From IMG/VR virus record IMGVR_UViG_3300050821_006345, positions 32,001 to 96,000 of that record: a stretch of 64,000 nt of DNA; one strand, given 5' to 3'. The notes beneath the pieces were generated by a model, which saw only the letters and a program-made list of their open reading frames with translations, had not been told where the DNA came from and made no database searches. The stretch is from a virus. Numbering within the stretch: the stretch's first letter is position 1; the number at the start of each line of letters is the position of its first letter. Below, in pieces: positions 59,140-64,000 of this stretch. The position numbers and the translations under genes were made by a program.

Positions 59140-59838
59140 TTATTGCACTGAAGGTGCTTGGGTCGTTACCACAAGTTCCGCAGCCGGAGTGGTCAAATCT
59201 TGGTCGCCGTAGATGATCGTTGCTGCTGGCTGGTTGTCTTGGCCGGAAGGTGTGTTGGCATCATCGTCGTCATCGTCAAGGTCGATGTTCATAATCGCAT
59301 CATCGTCGCCCATTTCGCTGTTGGCCAGTTTCACCCTCATGGCTGAAAGTGCCGAGTGGTAGTTGCCGCGAATGGAAGGATAAACCGAGTTCTTCACCTT
59401 TTTCTTGGCCAGCGCGTCGCCATTCTTGGCATCAATCTGCTTCTGAATGAAGGCCGGAAGCGTCTTCTTCGCGTTGGTGATGGTCTTTCCGTCCGGCCCG
59501 ACCGCAGGAGTTCCAGACTTTGGATTGGCCGTATCATGGCCACATTGACACGGAGATTGGCCGCAGGTGCATGGAGTCTTGCCGTCCATCATCTCAAGGT
59601 CGGCGTTCTGCTTCGCCACTGTATTTTCACCCGCCTCCTTGGTGGGCGGGTTCTCAATGGTGGGCTGGGGCACGTTTGGAGCGGTGTTCGGGCCGCTGGC
59701 GTTGCGGAGCTTCGCTGCGCCGTAGACGGTCGATCCGTTTAGGGCGGCGACCTGCGCGGTCACCTTGGGTGAAAGTCCGTTCTTGAGTTTGCGCTTTTCG
59801 TCGCGCAGGCCATTGTTGTTTCGGAAAGCAATTTTCAT
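59140..59838 (-). CDS. low-complexity head-associated protein
   Basis: Many (L/I/V)xN motifs, LPAFIQK, acidic tail; upstream of the protease. Confidence 0.65.
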   Translation of the reverse strand: MKIAFRNNNGLRDEKRKLKNGLSPKVTAQVAALNGSTVYGAAKLRNASGPNTAPNVPQPTIENPPTKEAGENTVAKQNADLEMMDGKTPCTCGQSPCQCGHDTANPKSGTPAVGPDGKTITNAKKTLPAFIQKQIDAKNGDALAKKKVKNSVYPSIRGNYHSALSAMRVKLANSEMGDDDAIMNIDLDDDDDDANTPSGQDNQPAATIIYGDQDLTTPAAELVVTTQAPSVQ

Positions 59839-59892
59839 TGAAGGAATTTACCCCTTCAATCGGCCTGTGCAAATGCAAGATTACCGTGAGGC

Positions 59893-60135
59893 TTACTCGA
59901 CTGGAGGAACGACTTCTCCGGCCCTCGCCTTGCGCTGCGTCAGTGGAAGATTATCCTCCTTGTAGGCGAACCACGCTGCGTTAAACTGCTCGATCTCGTC
60001 CTTGGAGTTCAGTGCGATGATGCCGCCAGTTGTTAGGACTTCGTGGCTGCCCTGAATGGCTGGTCGGCTGCCGGTGACGTAGTGGAGGGAGATGTCTTTT
60101 GATCCGATTTTGATGGATTTAAATTTTTGGCTCAT
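59893..60135 (-). CDS. hypothetical protein
   Basis: TTGTGT-16-TATAAT promoter upstream. Confidence 0.55.
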   Translation of the reverse strand: MSQKFKSIKIGSKDISLHYVTGSRPAIQGSHEVLTTGGIIALNSKDEIEQFNAAWFAYKEDNLPLTQRKARAGEVVPPVE

Positions 60136-60391
60136 GATTTATGTTATTTGTAATGAACTGAAATTATAGGCTATTGCCGGCCGAACACAAGCCAATTCTG
60201 CTAATTGGAAAGAATTTCGGCGTAGATGCCCACGATGGTCATCTTTTCTATGGCCGTCGGATGCACGCGAGACTTCTCGGAGATTGAATCAAACCCATCG
60301 CCTATGTCCGCTGCGTCATCCAAGTCTCCTCCCTGCCTGTGTTCCGACCAGAACACCAGTGCCGTGGCAAACAAGAGCATTTCATTCGATG

Positions 60392-61030
60392 TCATGGCTG
60401 GCGCATATCGTCGTGGTCGCCGTCGCCTTGCGTTGGCGTAAGCGAATCTGCCTCGGCAAGAATGGATGCACGAAGCGTTTCCTCGGATGGACGCGATACT
60501 CTGGCGGGCGGCCTTGGAGCAATGGTTCTCGCCGAGACAATCTCATCCATTTCGTTTCGCAATGCCTCTCTCATGGTCTCTGGAATCTGGCCAGTAGGAG
60601 CTACACCCGCATCGGACTCGCGTTTGTATTTAACCACTATCCCTTTCTGCTTCAGGTGAAATGGAACCGCGCGAGTGAATGACAATGCCTTCTCAAATTC
60701 TCCGCCGAACTTGTCCACCACCATCTTGGCGATTTCTCTGGCCGTTAATTCTGCGCCACGGTTAACCAGCAGGTCGCGGATGAACTTGGTCTTGTTGATG
60801 GCTGATTCTGTCGCAGGCCTGGCCACAGGAAACGCAGGAGTCTGCTTCTTGGCAACTTCTGCCAGCTGCTCTCCAGTCATCGGAATAAAAGTGAAGTTCT
60901 CGTAGATGCCGTATTCAACCGGCAGATGCTCGTTCATCCAGCGAATGCCTCCGGCAGGAAATACCTCCTCCATGCCGTCCTTGGACTGGCGGGCGTGACT
61001 TGCTCCAGATGGAAAAATGATTGGTGGCAT
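60392..61030 (-). CDS. hypothetical protein with HTH-like segment
   Basis: KTKFIRDLL..LTAREIAK. Confidence 0.55.
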   Translation of the reverse strand: MPPIIFPSGASHARQSKDGMEEVFPAGGIRWMNEHLPVEYGIYENFTFIPMTGEQLAEVAKKQTPAFPVARPATESAINKTKFIRDLLVNRGAELTAREIAKMVVDKFGGEFEKALSFTRAVPFHLKQKGIVVKYKRESDAGVAPTGQIPETMREALRNEMDEIVSARTIAPRPPARVSRPSEETLRASILAEADSLTPTQGDGDHDDMRQP

Positions 61031-61046
61031 ATCGTTGCGAAATAGT

Positions 61047-61511
61047 TTAGGAAACAGTCTCGGCGTTGGCAAGAATTTGTTTGTTCTTTTCGGTATCTTG
61101 CGCCCAAAAATCGTCTGGCATTGCCTGCTGCCCTGCAACATCCTCTGTAAGATTGATTTGCAGACGCAATGCTTCAGTAAGTTTAGCGATGTGCTTTGCG
61201 GCATGGGTCATTAGTGCTGCGTTGGCCTTCTGCATCTCATCCCATCCTTGCGGAGCAAACTGCACCCACTTTTCATAGCCGAACATCACGCGGATGTCAT
61301 TCGGAGATTGCGGGTGTGGAGTTGGATTGTAAGAGCCATCGCGATAACCGCTGACCAGCGTGAAGATTTGCTGTGTTCCTGGACGCAACTTATGCTCGAC
61401 GTGATTGGTGACTGGATCTGGAACGTCGCCGTAAAGCTGAAGTCCTGCACCAGAATCATACTGCCATCGAAGATTCTTGCTGGCCTTGCTGACGACTTCT
61501 TGCAAATTCAT
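61047..61511 (-). CDS. hypothetical protein
   Basis: TTGACT-17-TAAGCT promoter upstream. Confidence 0.55.
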   Translation of the reverse strand: MNLQEVVSKASKNLRWQYDSGAGLQLYGDVPDPVTNHVEHKLRPGTQQIFTLVSGYRDGSYNPTPHPQSPNDIRVMFGYEKWVQFAPQGWDEMQKANAALMTHAAKHIAKLTEALRLQINLTEDVAGQQAMPDDFWAQDTEKNKQILANAETVS

Positions 61512-61874
61512 ATTGAAATCAGCTTAAGAATTTATGGCCGCAGAGTCAACTTTATTTATAGGTGCAATAGGCGAACGACGAGGAAATCGGCCACATGACC
61601 GACGGATTGCTTCTGGCGTATTTGATTGCCAGTTTCCTCGAGTGGAAAATCCGGCAAATTGAGAAGTGCGGTTTGCGGCTTACGGAAGGCTTCAGGTGCA
61701 GCGAATGAAAATGATGGTTCAGTGTTCTTTCCTCCGCAACCCACCTCTGACTCTTGTAATTCCAGATTCGGTTCGTGCGCGAATAAACAATCCACCGATC
61801 CTTGGCCGGAGGCCATTTACATTCTGGCGGCTTCCGATAATTCGGATTCAATGGATTGTCGTTGTCGCGCATTG

Positions 61875-62489
61875 TCAGACGAATAGCTGTGGATTCGGAT
61901 TGACGGTTGGAATGTTTCTGGACTGGCCGGTGCAAATCAAATGCACATTAGATGTTGATGCGTTAAATTTCCTCGCAATCTTCCTATATGACAATCCAGT
62001 TTCTTCTCTCATTTTGCGAATTTCACCCACTTGTTTGTCGGAAAGCTTAACCGACCCGTTGTTTTCTCCAATCTGGTCGTTTCCGTGGCGCACACGATCC
62101 TCCTGATTTTCGGTTGGCGTTGCCCACTTCAGGTTGTCAAGGCGGTTATCTGCTCTGTTCCCGTTTTTATGGCATCCGTAATATCCGTCTGGCCGAGGGC
62201 CAATGAATGCCAGAAGCACCAGCTCGTGAACACCATCGTGTTTGTGAGGCATTCCATCCATTGTCATAGTTACATATCTATAACCATTTATTAAGCCTCC
62301 CCACAATATATGCGGCTCATAGTTTCTGTTCGGAAGCTTCTTGCGGACGCGATCAGATGCAAGACTGTGCCTGCGGACTCTTCCCATGTTGGAGACATCG
62401 TATGGATAACCTGCGTGAGGAGATGGCATCCATATTTCTCCTGAAATTATTCTCGTGTCCCACGCCGTCCTGTTTGGATGTGACTTCAT
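61875..62489 (-). CDS. NUMOD4-HNH homing endonuclease
   Basis: YDVSNMGRVR; HELVLLAFIG..CHKNGNRADNRLDNLKWAT..EN. Confidence 0.9.
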   Translation of the reverse strand: MKSHPNRTAWDTRIISGEIWMPSPHAGYPYDVSNMGRVRRHSLASDRVRKKLPNRNYEPHILWGGLINGYRYVTMTMDGMPHKHDGVHELVLLAFIGPRPDGYYGCHKNGNRADNRLDNLKWATPTENQEDRVRHGNDQIGENNGSVKLSDKQVGEIRKMREETGLSYRKIARKFNASTSNVHLICTGQSRNIPTVNPNPQLFV

Positions 62490-63772
62490 AATGTGAACGT
62501 CCCGCCAACAAACTCATACCCAAGAGATTTATAAACTTCCAGCCTCTTTTGGGAGTGGCGGCTTGCTAAACTGTGGAAGCCGTCAGTCCAGTCATAAATC
62601 AGACCATATTCCTTGCCTGGGAAAGAACGCAAAACACGACCTGTTCTTTGGGTGACGCGCGCCGAACTACGTCCTGCTGAAAGCATGATTAAAACATTGC
62701 TCCGTGGAAAATTTGCGCCCTCATCTAGGAGTGATGTAGAGACGATGGTTTTTATTTCTCCGGAGTTAAACTTTTCCAATGCGGATCGGCGCGCTTTTAT
62801 TCCCATCTTGCTATGCACCACCACCGCGTCTGGAATCCTATCTGCGAGTTCTTTTCCATGTTCAACTTGGTTCACCAGCACAATCACGCTGTCGTTCTTG
62901 TGCCTGATGGCCATTCCAATCGCCTCCTCGTTCCGCGTCCGGTTTTCAACGATTCCAAGCTTGACCAGAAATTGCCATGCAATTTGCCCCTTCATTTCTT
63001 GCTCCATGCCGTAAAGCTCGCTGGCGCATTTATGGATTGATTCGGCGGACGCACCAGCAGAGCGAAGTCGGCCAATCTCCGCCTCCTTCTTTTTTAACGC
63101 TCCGGCCATCCACCAGTTCCTGCGCTTCTTGCATTCCATTATTATCTGAATGTCCATCATGTCGCCAATGCCTCGGTCTGTTCCGTTAAGCATAATCACT
63201 TTTGCAGGAGCAAGGTTGGTCTGCACGTCTTCTCGCGTGATTGTGTGGTGTTCTCCATCAAAGAAAGACATCAGTGTTTTATATGCTTCCTCGTCCTCTG
63301 GAATCGTGGCTGTGAATCCCCAAAACGCACCGCGACAGGTTTCGACTTGAGACTGCCACTGGAGTGCGGTTGCCAAATGATGAATTTCGTCCCCAATGAG
63401 GACGTCGCGATCTGACCAGTCGGTGTTCGCTGCTGCACACGCAACCTTCAGGTCAATCTTTGCACCATCACCTTCGTGGCATCGTGCTTCCCATTCAGCT
63501 TTTGCCTTGGTTGGTTCTACTTTTATGCCGTAGAAGATTTGAAGCATGGCCTCGTATGCTTGACCACATTGCTCTAATGTATTAGCAAGCCACCCCACCA
63601 TTGCCTTTCTGTTGCGATTCTTTGCCATCACCACGCGATGCAAAGCTCCTGCGGCAATGCAGGTCTTTCCAGAAGCAGCCGGGGCCTCAATTATGCCCCT
63701 CGGCCTCGACGCCAGCCACTCAATGGCCGGAGGTTGATAGACGCGCCACTGGAAGTCAGTGAATGAACTCAT
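62486..63772 (-). CDS. superfamily 2 helicase
   Basis: APAASGKT, DEIHH, TAT, DEGANFP, QRTGRVLR. Confidence 0.9.
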   Translation of the reverse strand: MSSFTDFQWRVYQPPAIEWLASRPRGIIEAPAASGKTCIAAGALHRVVMAKNRNRKAMVGWLANTLEQCGQAYEAMLQIFYGIKVEPTKAKAEWEARCHEGDGAKIDLKVACAAANTDWSDRDVLIGDEIHHLATALQWQSQVETCRGAFWGFTATIPEDEEAYKTLMSFFDGEHHTITREDVQTNLAPAKVIMLNGTDRGIGDMMDIQIIMECKKRRNWWMAGALKKKEAEIGRLRSAGASAESIHKCASELYGMEQEMKGQIAWQFLVKLGIVENRTRNEEAIGMAIRHKNDSVIVLVNQVEHGKELADRIPDAVVVHSKMGIKARRSALEKFNSGEIKTIVSTSLLDEGANFPRSNVLIMLSAGRSSARVTQRTGRVLRSFPGKEYGLIYDWTDGFHSLASRHSQKRLEVYKSLGYEFVGGTFTL

Positions 63773-64000
63773 CGGTTACAAGGCGGTGGTTCTTTGTGGC
63801 AGCAAATTTCACCGCACTTTGGACAATAGTAATAAAATCCAAACGCACTCCATTTGGCAATTTCTTTGCAGCATTCGCTGGTTAGAATATCCAGCTTTTT
63901 AAGTTTTGGCCTTTTCACGGTCGCTTAATATCGGTGTGGCGGATGGTAAGCGTTGCGCCTTCCGATATGCCTTTGCCGTCCACTTTCACGGAGTAGAACT

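Noticed and set aside
1-64000. CRISPR array, tRNA genes, diversity-generating retroelement, stop-codon reassignment
   Set aside because: No repeat-spacer array, tRNA or adenine-variable TR/VR pair noticed by eye; long genes are intact in the standard code and TAA, TGA and TAG all end genes

Overview
A 64 kb piece of a tailed dsDNA phage with a Mu-like head module (gpI-type protease, scaffold, decoration protein, capsid, gp36-, gpG- and gpF-like genes) and a probably non-contractile tail. Terminase, portal, integrase and endolysin were not recognised in this window. A Verrucomicrobia/PVC host is inferred from the Thr/Asn-rich exported proteins and the near-leaderless genes; this is not proven. 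The left ~13 kb and 48-52 kb carry small accessory genes, a replication initiator with iterons, phosphatases, an RNA ligase and an NTase. Five free-standing homing endonuclease genes are scattered through 42-62.5 kb. Main signals: (1) a ~770-nt ORF-free, densely base-paired + strand RNA at 43150-43925, between an HNH gene and RNase H; (2) seven head-associated proteins punctuated by (I/L/V/M/F)-x-N|(A/S/G) motifs, five of them with recurring short tags (AGTSxGV..W..R, GGPGSG) placed before cargo domains (ParB-like, ART-like, InPase, papain-like, His-rich helices), suggesting an Asn-specific protease/polyprotein delivery system; (3) a dispersed family of seven CxYCxDxPxGxxCDxCG zinc-finger microproteins; (4) tail-module proteins with Sec signal peptides beside a patatin / phosphatase-lipoprotein / beta-barrel cluster. 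All family calls come from motif recognition by eye; no searches or folding programs were run.
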